A stretch of DNA of 64,000 nt from a virus, in the IMG/VR virus record IMGVR_UViG_3300045988_141753; one strand, given 5' to 3'. The translations under genes and the position numbers were made by a program. Of the stretch, positions 8,401 through 16,535 are shown one piece after another. Every line of letters begins with the position of its first letter. Position 1 is the first letter of the stretch. The notes under the pieces were generated by a model. The model saw nothing but the letters and a program-made list of their open reading frames with translations, did not search any database and was not told where the DNA came from.

Positions 8401-9186
8401 ATGGACGGAATCAAAACATTCACAAACAAGGAATTTGGAACAGTGAGGACAATAGTTAAGGACGGAGAGCCTTGGTTTGTCGGAAAAGATGTGGCTGAGA
8501 TTTTGGAGTACAGAAATACGAAAAAGGCATTATCTGATCACGTTGATGAGGAAGATAAGTATCAGGGCGATGGGGTAACAATTCGTGACCCCATGGGCAG
8601 AGTGCAGCATCCGACAATAATCAATGAAAGCGGACTATACAGCCTAATACTTTCAAGCAAGATGCCAAGGGCAAAAGAGTTTAAGCACTGGGTAACATCA
8701 GAGATACTCCCAACTATCCGCAGAACAGGCGGCTATGTAGCCAATGACGAGATATTCATTAACACTTATCTACCGAATGCCGATGCTCAGACGAGAGAAC
8801 TGTTCAGGCTCAATCTATCAACGATCAGACAGCTTAATAATAAGATAGAGCAGGATAAACCTCTTGTGGACTTTGCAAGTCATATACAAACTTCTGAAGA
8901 TTGTATATCAATGAACGATATGGCGAAGCTGGCAACTAAGAATGGAATAAAGATAGGTAGAACAAGGCTGTTTAATTTCCTAAGAGAGAAGAAAGTGTTA
9001 GGCTGTAAGGACGGTCATAAGAATATGCCTTATCAAAGGTACATAGACACTCAGCCATGGTTTCAGCTTAAAGAAAGCTCATACATACAGAATGGCGAAG
9101 TCAGAATAGGACTCACTCCTATGGTAACGCCAAAGGGTCAGAGCGGTATTATTAGAATGTTGAGAAAGTGTGATGTAACAGGCTAA
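8401..9186 (+). CDS. ant: phage antirepressor (BRO-N domain + KilAC/ANT domain)
   Basis: N-terminus FTNKEFGTVRTIVKDGEPWFVGKDVAEILEY is BRO-N-like. The C-terminus carries a KilAC-like segment (MNDMAKLATKNGIKIGRTRLFNFLREKK). The ATG at 8401 follows a GAAAGGA RBS. Confidence 0.8.
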   Translation: MDGIKTFTNKEFGTVRTIVKDGEPWFVGKDVAEILEYRNTKKALSDHVDEEDKYQGDGVTIRDPMGRVQHPTIINESGLYSLILSSKMPRAKEFKHWVTSEILPTIRRTGGYVANDEIFINTYLPNADAQTRELFRLNLSTIRQLNNKIEQDKPLVDFASHIQTSEDCISMNDMAKLATKNGIKIGRTRLFNFLREKKVLGCKDGHKNMPYQRYIDTQPWFQLKESSYIQNGEVRIGLTPMVTPKGQSGIIRMLRKCDVTG

Positions 9187-9254
9187 AGTAAATAAAATGC
9201 AAGTTTTGTTTTCAAATCTTGCAAAAATTAAAAAAAGAAGGAGCAACAAACAGA

Positions 9255-9437
9255 ATGAACATAAACAAATTTAAAAGGCTACTTGCCGAGCGTGGGTTTT
9301 CATACTCACGCAGAGGTAAGGGGTCGCATGAGATATGGGTAAATGAGAATGGAGAGTCTTTTTCATTCCCATCAACCCGAAAAGAAGTTTATATCGGAAT
9401 TGTATGGAACTTCCGAAGAAACTATTGTCGCTGTTAA
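9255..9437 (+). CDS. hicA: HicA-like mRNA interferase toxin
   Basis: 60 aa with a LLAERGF...GKGSHEIW motif; AAGAAGGAG RBS upstream. Confidence 0.6.
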   Translation: MNINKFKRLLAERGFSYSRRGKGSHEIWVNENGESFSFPSTRKEVYIGIVWNFRRNYCRC

Positions 9438-9581
9438 ATCGTGTATTTATTTTTGGGAATAATTTATCATTGATTTAAGCATTGAATGGTGATAAAATTA
9501 AGGCAATGGGAATTAGTTTCGCCAATATTTACCTTAATCGTGTGGTAAAATGTACTGTACAAAATAATGGACATAAATCAC

Positions 9582-9634
9582 TTGACAGAACATTTGTTTT
9601 ATAGTATAGTATAAGCATATTAGAACAGATGTTC
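9582..9634 (+). promoter_or_regulatory. promoter with two LexA (Cheo-box)-like operators
   Basis: Promoter TTGACA, 17-nt spacer, TATAGT (9582-9610). GAACATTTGTTT (9588-9599) lies in the spacer. GAACAGATGTTC (9623-9634) is a perfect GAAC-N4-GTTC. Confidence 0.55.
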
Positions 9635-9670
9635 TTTTACAAAGATTAAAATTAAAAGGGAGTTGTAAAA

Positions 9671-10531
9671 ATGGTCTTACAAGAATTAATAAAATTAGTA
9701 TGCAATAAATGCTATAACGAGTTTATACTCACTAATAACAAAAACAATGACAAAATATATGGAACAGCTCTGAAGCTAACTGACAATCCAATTATTAAAG
9801 AAGAATATAGGGGTGCTTTTGAGGATTTACAAGATATTTGTGGGATAGATCATGGTTTTCTATGCTTAGAGTTAGACAGAACACAAGATTTAGTTCTGCT
9901 TGACTATTGCATGACGATCGGTCGGCTTGAATATGACTTATCATCAGCCATTATAAGTATTGCAAGAGATACTATTATAATAGGCATAAATGATGTCACT
10001 TTAACTATTTCTTGCCGATACGTTCCTGAACGTTTAGTGGCTTCTATGCCACTCTTTCCGCTAGAGAAAAAGCAGTGGGTTGAAATTACGGAATTACTGA
10101 AAGAAGATTATATTGATGAAACTAGGTCAAGCGTCGAGAATGATAAGATTACATTACTTATCGACACATATGCACTAGGCAATCTTAATAAGAGTCAGAT
10201 CAGTAACTTGCAATATCTATATTTTGAATTGCTAAATATAGATAAGCTATGCGAAATACTCGATTGCGGAACTTTGGCTGTTGACTATAATCGAGCCGCT
10301 ACACCCTATATAATGTATAACAAGCTGCATAAGAAATGTTTTATTGGCTTGTGGAGTTTGCAAGAAAATAGATGCTTGAGCAAATTTAATGCAGATATGT
10401 TTTACAAGAAAAGCTACATAGAGCCGATTATCATTAATTTGTGTAATAACTTTGAGAAAAGAGAAAAGATAGCAACACTGAATATTTCTATGTTTGGAAA
10501 TGATTTAGGCTCAATGGAAATATTAAGATAG
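9671..10531 (+). CDS. hypothetical protein, predicted SOS-controlled
   Basis: 286-aa ORF after a GGGAG RBS; no motif recognised. Confidence 0.55.
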   Translation: MVLQELIKLVCNKCYNEFILTNNKNNDKIYGTALKLTDNPIIKEEYRGAFEDLQDICGIDHGFLCLELDRTQDLVLLDYCMTIGRLEYDLSSAIISIARDTIIIGINDVTLTISCRYVPERLVASMPLFPLEKKQWVEITELLKEDYIDETRSSVENDKITLLIDTYALGNLNKSQISNLQYLYFELLNIDKLCEILDCGTLAVDYNRAATPYIMYNKLHKKCFIGLWSLQENRCLSKFNADMFYKKSYIEPIIINLCNNFEKREKIATLNISMFGNDLGSMEILR

Positions 10532-10658
10532 ATTTAACATTATATTCATCAAAACACAATGAATATTAAAAGTTGTATGGTTATAATATAGAAAAAAGAA
10601 GAAAAATAAACAACGACAACAACAAAACGTTAAATAAAAAGAAAGGAGGGCGTTGTTT

Positions 10659-11084
10659 ATGGAAAAAATTTGTTTTAAAGAAAATAACACAAAAATATGT
10701 AACAAAGAGATCACAAGAGGAGATTTGATTTTGGTGAACTTTCCTGACGTGGGAGGTTCTGTGCAGGCAGGGGTGCGTCCAGCAATAGTTGTGCAAAATA
10801 ACATTGGAAATAAATATTCACCATGTTTAATAGTCGCACCGCTAACATCAAATGTTTCAAAAAATAAAACATACTTCCCTACTCATGTCCTGCTTAACAA
10901 AACGAGTGGAGTGGCTAAAACAAGCGTTGTTCTATGTGAACAACTTGCTACGATTAGCAAGACAAAGATAGTTAATTACTTGGGACACTTAACTCCGAAT
11001 GAAATGAGAAGAGTCTCTCAGGCAATCTGCATTTCTCTTGCATTAACATCATGTGATGTTAGTGCTAATCAAAAACTAGCTTGA
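10659..11084 (+). CDS. mazF: MazF/PemK-family endoribonuclease toxin
   Basis: RGDLILVNFPD...GVRPAIVVQNN...LIVAPLTS... is a characteristic PemK/MazF pattern. The ATG at 10659 follows an AAAGGAGGG RBS. Confidence 0.8.
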   Translation: MEKICFKENNTKICNKEITRGDLILVNFPDVGGSVQAGVRPAIVVQNNIGNKYSPCLIVAPLTSNVSKNKTYFPTHVLLNKTSGVAKTSVVLCEQLATISKTKIVNYLGHLTPNEMRRVSQAICISLALTSCDVSANQKLA

Positions 11085-11109
11085 CTTTTAACCGTTCTTT
11101 TGGTATAAT
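11081..11109 (+). promoter_or_regulatory. sigma-70-type promoter
   Basis: TTGACT, 17-nt spacer, TATAAT; overlaps the mazF stop codon. Confidence 0.55.
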
Positions 11110-11190
11110 ACATATGATAATTAGTACAATATTTTCCTACAATAGATTGCTTTTTGTTATATGTATTATATTCGGAAGGACGGTTTTATT

Positions 11191-12162
11191 ATGACAAAAG
11201 AAGAGTTGGAATTTTCGATACATCAATATATCGAAAAGGAAGCGAATATTACCAGCGATGCAACGTTAAAGAAAAAAGCATCAACTTTGAACAGTTTTTT
11301 GAAAAAATACAATGAAGAAAAGACACTTCATGATAATATTGCTAACTTTTTAAAAGATAATTCGACTCTTGGTAGTTTTAGGATCAGTAAAATGTTGCTA
11401 AAGAGTTGGCTTAGTTTTGCAAATGTAAATTGTGATATTGAAGATATACAATTTTTAGTAAATTTTATCACTGATATTGAAGAACTGAATGACGCTATTG
11501 ACAAGGTAATGAATAACCCTGATATAGACATATGGTCGGTAGAGGTAAGTGCGTATTCCTGTTATGTTAAGTTAATATGTTACTTACTATGGGTCGGAGT
11601 TCCAAAAAGCGCTTTATCCAAAATGAAAAAAGGCGACTATGATATTGATAGGCAAATTCTATGGGTAAAACAGCAGAATGGGAAAAAGCAAAAAATAGAT
11701 TTGTCCTCTGAATATTTTTCGGACGTATCTGATATGCTGCATAAAGAGTTGTGTGATAATATTTATTCATTGCATTTTAAAAAAGAACCGCAAAATATCT
11801 GTGGTAAATTGAGAGATGTAACCACATATAACAACGCCAACATATCAAAAGCATATAACACAAATGATTATTTATTTCGTCCTATATCCAGTGGCACTAG
11901 CACGGTTAATGTTGTTAATGGCATTAGAACAATTATAGTTCCAAGAATCTGTTTGAAATTAAACATTATCAGTAAATCGGGCTTTTTTTATAGAGCACAT
12001 AAATATTTGTTAAACGTGTGCGGAACGGAAGATATTGGGGGCAAGAATGGCAGGAATTTGAGCCAAGCATTAGACTTTCTTGATTATAATTTAACTCGCC
12101 CAGGCATTGTGAAAGAATATAAAATATATTTGGAGCAATGTTCTAAGAGATCAAAAATCTAA
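11191..12162 (+). CDS. hypothetical protein
   Basis: The ATG at 11191 follows a GGAAGGA RBS (the track ORF starts at 11161); no catalytic motif recognised. Confidence 0.5.
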   Translation: MTKEELEFSIHQYIEKEANITSDATLKKKASTLNSFLKKYNEEKTLHDNIANFLKDNSTLGSFRISKMLLKSWLSFANVNCDIEDIQFLVNFITDIEELNDAIDKVMNNPDIDIWSVEVSAYSCYVKLICYLLWVGVPKSALSKMKKGDYDIDRQILWVKQQNGKKQKIDLSSEYFSDVSDMLHKELCDNIYSLHFKKEPQNICGKLRDVTTYNNANISKAYNTNDYLFRPISSGTSTVNVVNGIRTIIVPRICLKLNIISKSGFFYRAHKYLLNVCGTEDIGGKNGRNLSQALDFLDYNLTRPGIVKEYKIYLEQCSKRSKI

Positions 12163-12174
12163 ATTTTAACACAG

Positions 12175-12208
12175 AAACGAGATCGTTAAGGTCTCGTTTT
12201 TTTTTATT
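12175..12208 (+). terminator. intrinsic terminator
   Basis: Stem AAACGAGA/TCTCGTTT followed by a T-run of about 9. Confidence 0.75.
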
Positions 12209-12250
12209 ATCTATAATTATTAATATTTTGTAAACTTTAGCCTATACATG

Positions 12251-12320
12251 TTGACACATCTCAAAAGTAGTAGTATACTATAATCATAATCTCAAATGTA
12301 GCACGGTAGAATTAACATAA
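12251..12320 (+). promoter_or_regulatory. promoter plus conserved leader, copy A
   Basis: TTGACA, 17-nt spacer, TATACT. About 70 nt are near-identical to 32167-32236 and contain CTCAAA(A/T)GTAG twice. Confidence 0.6.
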
Positions 12321-12325
12321 GACGT

Positions 12326-12410
12326 GTCGCTGTGGTGGAATAGGTATACACAAGGAACTTAAAATTCCTCGGAAAAATCCATGCGAGTTCGAGTCTCGTC
12401 AGTGACACCA
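12326..12410 (+). tRNA. tRNA-Leu(UAA), class II with long variable arm, CCA encoded
   Basis: Acceptor GTCGCTG/CAGTGAC, anticodon loop CTTAAAA, T-arm GCGAG-TTCGAGT-CTCGT. Confidence 0.85.
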
Positions 12411-12501
12411 GTACAGTTTGCCAATACTGTACAAAGTAAATTGGCATAGCAGGTACAGAGCTTATCTCACCATAAGGGAATGTAGTGTGATACCTGCACT
12501 T

Positions 12502-12577
12502 GCAACTTTAGCTCAGATGGTAGAGCATTTGACTTTTAATCAAAGGGTCAGGGGTTCAAATCCCCTAAGTTGCACCA
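12502..12577 (+). tRNA. tRNA-Lys(UUU), CCA encoded
   Basis: Acceptor GCAACTT/AAGTTGC, D-arm AGCTCAGATGGTAGAGC, anticodon loop CTTTTAA, T-loop GGTTCAAATCC. Confidence 0.9.
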
Positions 12578-12702
12578 AGTCGGTTACGGTTGCCGACAAC
12601 GATAACGGTTCATCAATTAAAATTACACTGATTACAAATTACAAACTAATCTGTATGTAAAGGTAGGTGAACAAAAAGGTACTGTGAAAGCAGTACCAAC
12701 AT

Positions 12703-12778
12703 TGGACTATAGCCAAGTGGTAAGGCAAGAGACTTTGACTCTCTCATTCCGCTGGTTCGAATCCAGCTAGTCCAACCA
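12703..12778 (+). tRNA. tRNA-Gln(UUG), CCA encoded
   Basis: Acceptor TGGACTA/TAGTCCA, anticodon stem AGAGA/TCTCT with loop CTTTGAC, T-loop GGTTCGAATCC. Confidence 0.85.
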
Positions 12779-12865
12779 AAATATTTTGTAACGTATTTTA
12801 GGGTACAAATATAAAATAACGTAAAAATGAAATAATAGCTTTGTTTAGGAGGACAGAATGAGAAT

Positions 12866-13339
12866 ATGAGATTTGGTGGATATGAAATAGGAGATAAAGT
12901 AGTCTACACAAATTCTTTTACAAAACCTACATTAGGTAAAGTAGTTTATTATATAAATGAAAATTATCTTATAGATTTCACAAACAACACAAGAAAATGG
13001 GCGACAGACAAAGAACTAATTAGATACAGTAAAGAAAATTATCTTAAACGTATAGTAGAAAAATATTTGAAAGGTAAGAAATGTAGATGTACTAAAGATT
13101 ATACTTACAGCACAACAGCATGGGAAATGAAACATGATATAGAAATAATTCCAGTAAATGCGGAATTTACTATTGATGTTATTTATTTTAGTTTACAATC
13201 TTATGGTCATACTGTAATTAATGTAGCTTATGTTACTTTATGTCCTGTTAATTGGAAACCTAAATATGAAACTACAATTATAGGTGGTACAGTAGATATT
13301 ATTTGGGAAGATTTTGCAAAATATTTTGAACTTATTTAA
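12866..13339 (+). CDS. hypothetical protein
   Basis: 157-aa ORF after a GGAGGA RBS. Confidence 0.5.
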   Translation: MRFGGYEIGDKVVYTNSFTKPTLGKVVYYINENYLIDFTNNTRKWATDKELIRYSKENYLKRIVEKYLKGKKCRCTKDYTYSTTAWEMKHDIEIIPVNAEFTIDVIYFSLQSYGHTVINVAYVTLCPVNWKPKYETTIIGGTVDIIWEDFAKYFELI

Positions 13340-13357
13340 TTAGGGGGAAAAATTAAA

Positions 13358-13579
13358 ATGATATCAATGGAAGATATAAAGAAAATAGCAAAATTAAATG
13401 GGATAGAAATAATTGAAAATGCCACACAAGAAGAACTAGAAGAGCAGAGTGAATCTCTTATGCAGTCCATTGCGGATATAACTGACCCTGAACATAACCT
13501 TTGTAAATATTGCCCTTGTAAAGATAGTTGTAAGGGCAATACATTTGAATGTGCTATTTGTAATAGCAGTAACAAATGA
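13358..13579 (+). CDS. small Cys-rich protein, paralog 1
   Basis: Shares MEDI..IA.LNG.E.I.N.T.E.LEEQ with the next ORF; Cys cluster at the C-terminus. Confidence 0.55.
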   Translation: MISMEDIKKIAKLNGIEIIENATQEELEEQSESLMQSIADITDPEHNLCKYCPCKDSCKGNTFECAICNSSNK

Positions 13580-13606
13580 AGAAAAGTAAATAAGGAGGGA
13601 ACTAAA

Positions 13607-13831
13607 ATGAATCTATCTATGGAAGATATAGAAAGAATAGCAGAACTAAATGGACTCGAATTTATAGATAATCCTACTAAAGAACAGTTAGAAGAACAAA
13701 GGGAATGGTTAGCAGAGTACCGAAAGGAAAGAGACAAAATGGATACTGAGCATAACCCCTATTGTATACAATGTGGTAGGTCAGATATTTGTCAAGGTTC
13801 TGTTTCTAAATGTATTATGTGTGACAGATAA
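13607..13831 (+). CDS. small Cys-rich protein, paralog 2
   Basis: Tandem paralog of 13358-13579; AAGGAGGG RBS. Confidence 0.55.
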   Translation: MNLSMEDIERIAELNGLEFIDNPTKEQLEEQREWLAEYRKERDKMDTEHNPYCIQCGRSDICQGSVSKCIMCDR

Positions 13832-13885
13832 TGTTTATGTGAATTATATAGATGAAGATAAATTTACAAGGGAGGTAAAATTAAT

Positions 13886-14041
13886 ATGTGGTTTGAAGGT
13901 ATGGAAGATTTGGATAGGATAGACGAACAGAATGAACAGAAGAAATCTATAAATAAAAAACAACCACTCAAAGGAGTAGTTGCTATATTATGTATTGCGA
14001 AGTTTCTTCTTTACAAACTTAAAAAGTCCGATACTCATTGA
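13886..14041 (+). CDS. small protein with C-terminal hydrophobic segment
   Basis: 51-aa ORF, below the track cutoff; strong GGGAGG RBS 8 nt upstream. Confidence 0.45.
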   Translation: MWFEGMEDLDRIDEQNEQKKSINKKQPLKGVVAILCIAKFLLYKLKKSDTH

Positions 14042-14254
14042 ACCGATCAACATATACCCTAAAACGGGTACTTCGGTTATTAGCATCTTCCCCGTACTAA
14101 TAACGAGCATCAAGAAGTCTAATCCGCTGCCGAATATTTCTGACATAAATTCACCACCTTTCTTCATTATAGGTATTACAATTAAAATCCATTTATTTGC
14201 CAATATTATAACATCGGTAAAAACTTTTGTCAATAGCGACAATGCATTTATCAT
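13988..14254 (-). CDS. possible small membrane protein
   Basis: Translation has two or three TM-like helices. It runs opposite to its neighbours and overlaps 13886-14041, so it is uncertain. Confidence 0.3.
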   Translation of the reverse strand: MINALSLLTKVFTDVIILANKWILIVIPIMKKGGEFMSEIFGSGLDFLMLVISTGKMLITEVPVLGYMLIGSMSIGLFKFVKKKLRNT

Positions 14255-14467
14255 TTGTTATACACAAATTATCATACAAACTACACATTAAAAGGAAGTA
14301 ATATTATGAAAGAATGTCCTAATAACTAATCATTATAATTCTTATAAAAAATACTGGAAAGCAATTAGCAGCCATGCTGTTGACATAGATTTTATTTTTA
14401 ATTCCGCTCTAAAAAGAGCGTTCAAATACACATTTTATCATAGAAAAAATAAAGGAGCTGTAAAACA

Positions 14468-15481
14468 ATGAAAGGTTATAAAGTTTTTAACCACGATTGG
14501 ACGTGTAGGGGCTTTCAATATTCAGTCGGCAAAACATTTGAAGAAGATGTAATACCCTCCTGTTGTGAAAAAGGCTTTCATTTTTGCACAGAACTAAAAG
14601 ATTGCTTTAGTTATTATTGTTTTGACCCGCTTAACAAAATTGCCGAAATCGAAGCCCTTGGCGAAATTGACACAGAAGCAACTGGTAAGAAACACTGCAC
14701 TAACAAAATCAAAATTGTCCGTGAAATTTCATGGGAAGAAGTTTTGAAAATGATTAATGTAGGAAAAGCCAACACGGGATTTGGTAACACTGGCAACTAT
14801 AATAGTGGCAACTATAATAGTGGCAACTATAATAGTGGTCATTGGAATAGTGGCAACTATAATAGTGGCAACTATAATAGTGGTCATTGGAATAGTGGCA
14901 CTCGTAATACTGGTAAGAATAATAGTGGTCATTATAATGAAGGCTGGTACAACAGTGGCAATCATAATACTGGTGGTTACAATGCTGGTGATTACAACAG
15001 TGGTAACTGCAACGGTGGTAGTTATAACAGCGGTCATTGGAATAGTGGTAATTGGAACAGCGGCTACTACAACTGTGGTAACTGTAACACTGGTGATTGT
15101 AACAGTGGAGATTTTAACAAAACTAACTTTTCAAATGGTTGCTTTAATACCAAAGAATCAAAAATTTTAATGTTCAATAAGCCTTCTGATTGGAGTATTG
15201 AAGATTGGCGTTATTCAGAAGCAAAAAGACTACTAGATAACATCATGTACAATGTTCTTAAATGGATTTGTTCTTATGAGATGACTGATGAAGAAAAAGA
15301 ACAGCATCCTGAATATGAGATAACAGGTGGCTATTTGAAAAAATGTGATAAATCTGAATGTAATCAACTTTGGTGGGATAGCTTGTCAGACCCTGAAAAG
15401 AATATCATCAAATCCCTTCCAAATTTTGATGCAGAAATCTTCAAAGAAATTACAGGGATTGATATAAATAAAGGAGTTTAA
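14468..15481 (+). CDS. pentapeptide-repeat-like protein with Cys-rich N-terminal domain
   Basis: About 45 consecutive five-residue units of the form N-(S/T)-G-x-(Y/W/H/N). The N-terminus KGYKVFNHDWTCRGFQY...GFHFC recalls phage proteins I remember being fused to such repeats. Confidence 0.7.
   Translation: MKGYKVFNHDWTCRGFQYSVGKTFEEDVIPSCCEKGFHFCTELKDCFSYYCFDPLNKIAEIEALGEIDTEATGKKHCTNKIKIVREISWEEVLKMINVGKANTGFGNTGNYNSGNYNSGNYNSGHWNSGNYNSGNYNSGHWNSGTRNTGKNNSGHYNEGWYNSGNHNTGGYNAGDYNSGNCNGGSYNSGHWNSGNWNSGYYNCGNCNTGDCNSGDFNKTNFSNGCFNTKESKILMFNKPSDWSIEDWRYSEAKRLLDNIMYNVLKWICSYEMTDEEKEQHPEYEITGGYLKKCDKSECNQLWWDSLSDPEKNIIKSLPNFDAEIFKEITGIDINKGV
14775..15125. repeat. 15-nt periodic coding repeat
   Basis: Several identical copies of TGGCAACTATAATAG followed by diverged copies; these encode the pentapeptide units. 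Confidence 0.85.
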
Positions 15482-16098
15482 TGAGCATGAACAAAAGAAA
15501 ATTTAAAATCGGAGAACTTTATCGAGTTGGTTTAGATAGTTTCGGTGATAGAATGACCGAAACTGGAAACATAATAAGGATTAAAGCAATAGAGTATATA
15601 TACAATAACAAAATGGTTAGGTATCAAACAGTTAAGCCAAATGGTGGCGATAGTATGTTTTATATTTATAGCAGTTTTGCTAACTGTTTAAAGAAAATAT
15701 CGTCCGATATTGACCGTGAAATTCAGATTACTTTCCACGATAAGACAACGGTTGCGAAAATGAAAGAATACGGCAAGGTAGTAAGAGTTGGCACTTCAAA
15801 ATGTTGTTCTGATGATACATATAGTGCATATATTGGTGCTTTGCTTGCCTTGGCTAGAATATATTTTCCTAACGCTAGTTGTGATAATAAAGAGATACGT
15901 TTTTTTAATACTAAAATAAACCCTAAAGAAAAATCTGAGTATAGATGTGATAAGCAGTTCTCGCACTCTGATATAAATAAAGCAATATACAATTTAATTA
16001 GTAGATATGACATTGCTGATACATGGGTAGCAGAGTCACTGAATAATTTCGGCACTGCGTTGCATGAAGAACTTGAAAATATGAAGGAGGGCAAGTAA
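15481..16098 (+). CDS. hypothetical protein
   Basis: TAATG overlap with the upstream stop suggests translational coupling. Confidence 0.5.
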   Translation: MSMNKRKFKIGELYRVGLDSFGDRMTETGNIIRIKAIEYIYNNKMVRYQTVKPNGGDSMFYIYSSFANCLKKISSDIDREIQITFHDKTTVAKMKEYGKVVRVGTSKCCSDDTYSAYIGALLALARIYFPNASCDNKEIRFFNTKINPKEKSEYRCDKQFSHSDINKAIYNLISRYDIADTWVAESLNNFGTALHEELENMKEGK

Positions 16099-16418
16099 TG
16101 GAAACATATAACCCAAAGGACGGCAGAAATTGGCACGAGATTAAATATACATTACAACACGGTAAGTATAAGGGTTGGTTTACTACTGAGGTTGGTGGCA
16201 CTTGTCGAGGAGCTGATCTTCTTGACCCAGATATTTTTGCTACAATGTGTAGTGTTGATATCGTTTCAAGCAACTGCGAATTTGAGGTTGACGAAGATAA
16301 CGAGAGCTTTTCTTGTAGATTGCACGATGATAATGGCAATGACCTTTTCTTTGATTGTTGTGATGAAGAGGATATGAGGGAAATGTTAGTATCAATAGAA
16401 ATCATTAACGTTAGATAA
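16098..16418 (+). CDS. hypothetical acidic protein
   Basis: TAATG overlap with the upstream gene. Confidence 0.5.
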   Translation: METYNPKDGRNWHEIKYTLQHGKYKGWFTTEVGGTCRGADLLDPDIFATMCSVDIVSSNCEFEVDEDNESFSCRLHDDNGNDLFFDCCDEEDMREMLVSIEIINVR

Positions 16419-16535
16419 ACTAAATTTAATGTGCTTTAGAAAGAAGGCATGATAAGATGGTGTGATTTTGAGTTCGCAAAATGATAATTTTATTTGACAA
16501 CAAAATCTGATAAATACATAAAAGGAGAAAATAAA

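Noticed and set aside
11191-12162. Degenerate tyrosine recombinase
   Set aside because: The N-terminal region loosely resembles a core-binding domain, but I could not find the R..HxxR..Y catalytic residues. It is left as hypothetical.
12418-12660. 80-aa ORF in the tRNA region
   Set aside because: It reads straight through tRNA-Lys, and the tRNA structure explains the sequence.
13980-14291. Plus-strand 103-aa track ORF
   Set aside because: The translation is low-complexity and lacks an RBS. The region is better explained by the 51-aa ORF 13886-14041 and possibly the minus-strand membrane ORF.
14729-15170. Track ORFs 14729-15037 (-) and 14781-15170 (+), rich in V/I/T
   Set aside because: These are alternative-frame and antisense readings of the 15-nt coding repeat of the pentapeptide-like gene. 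They are low-complexity and have no RBS.
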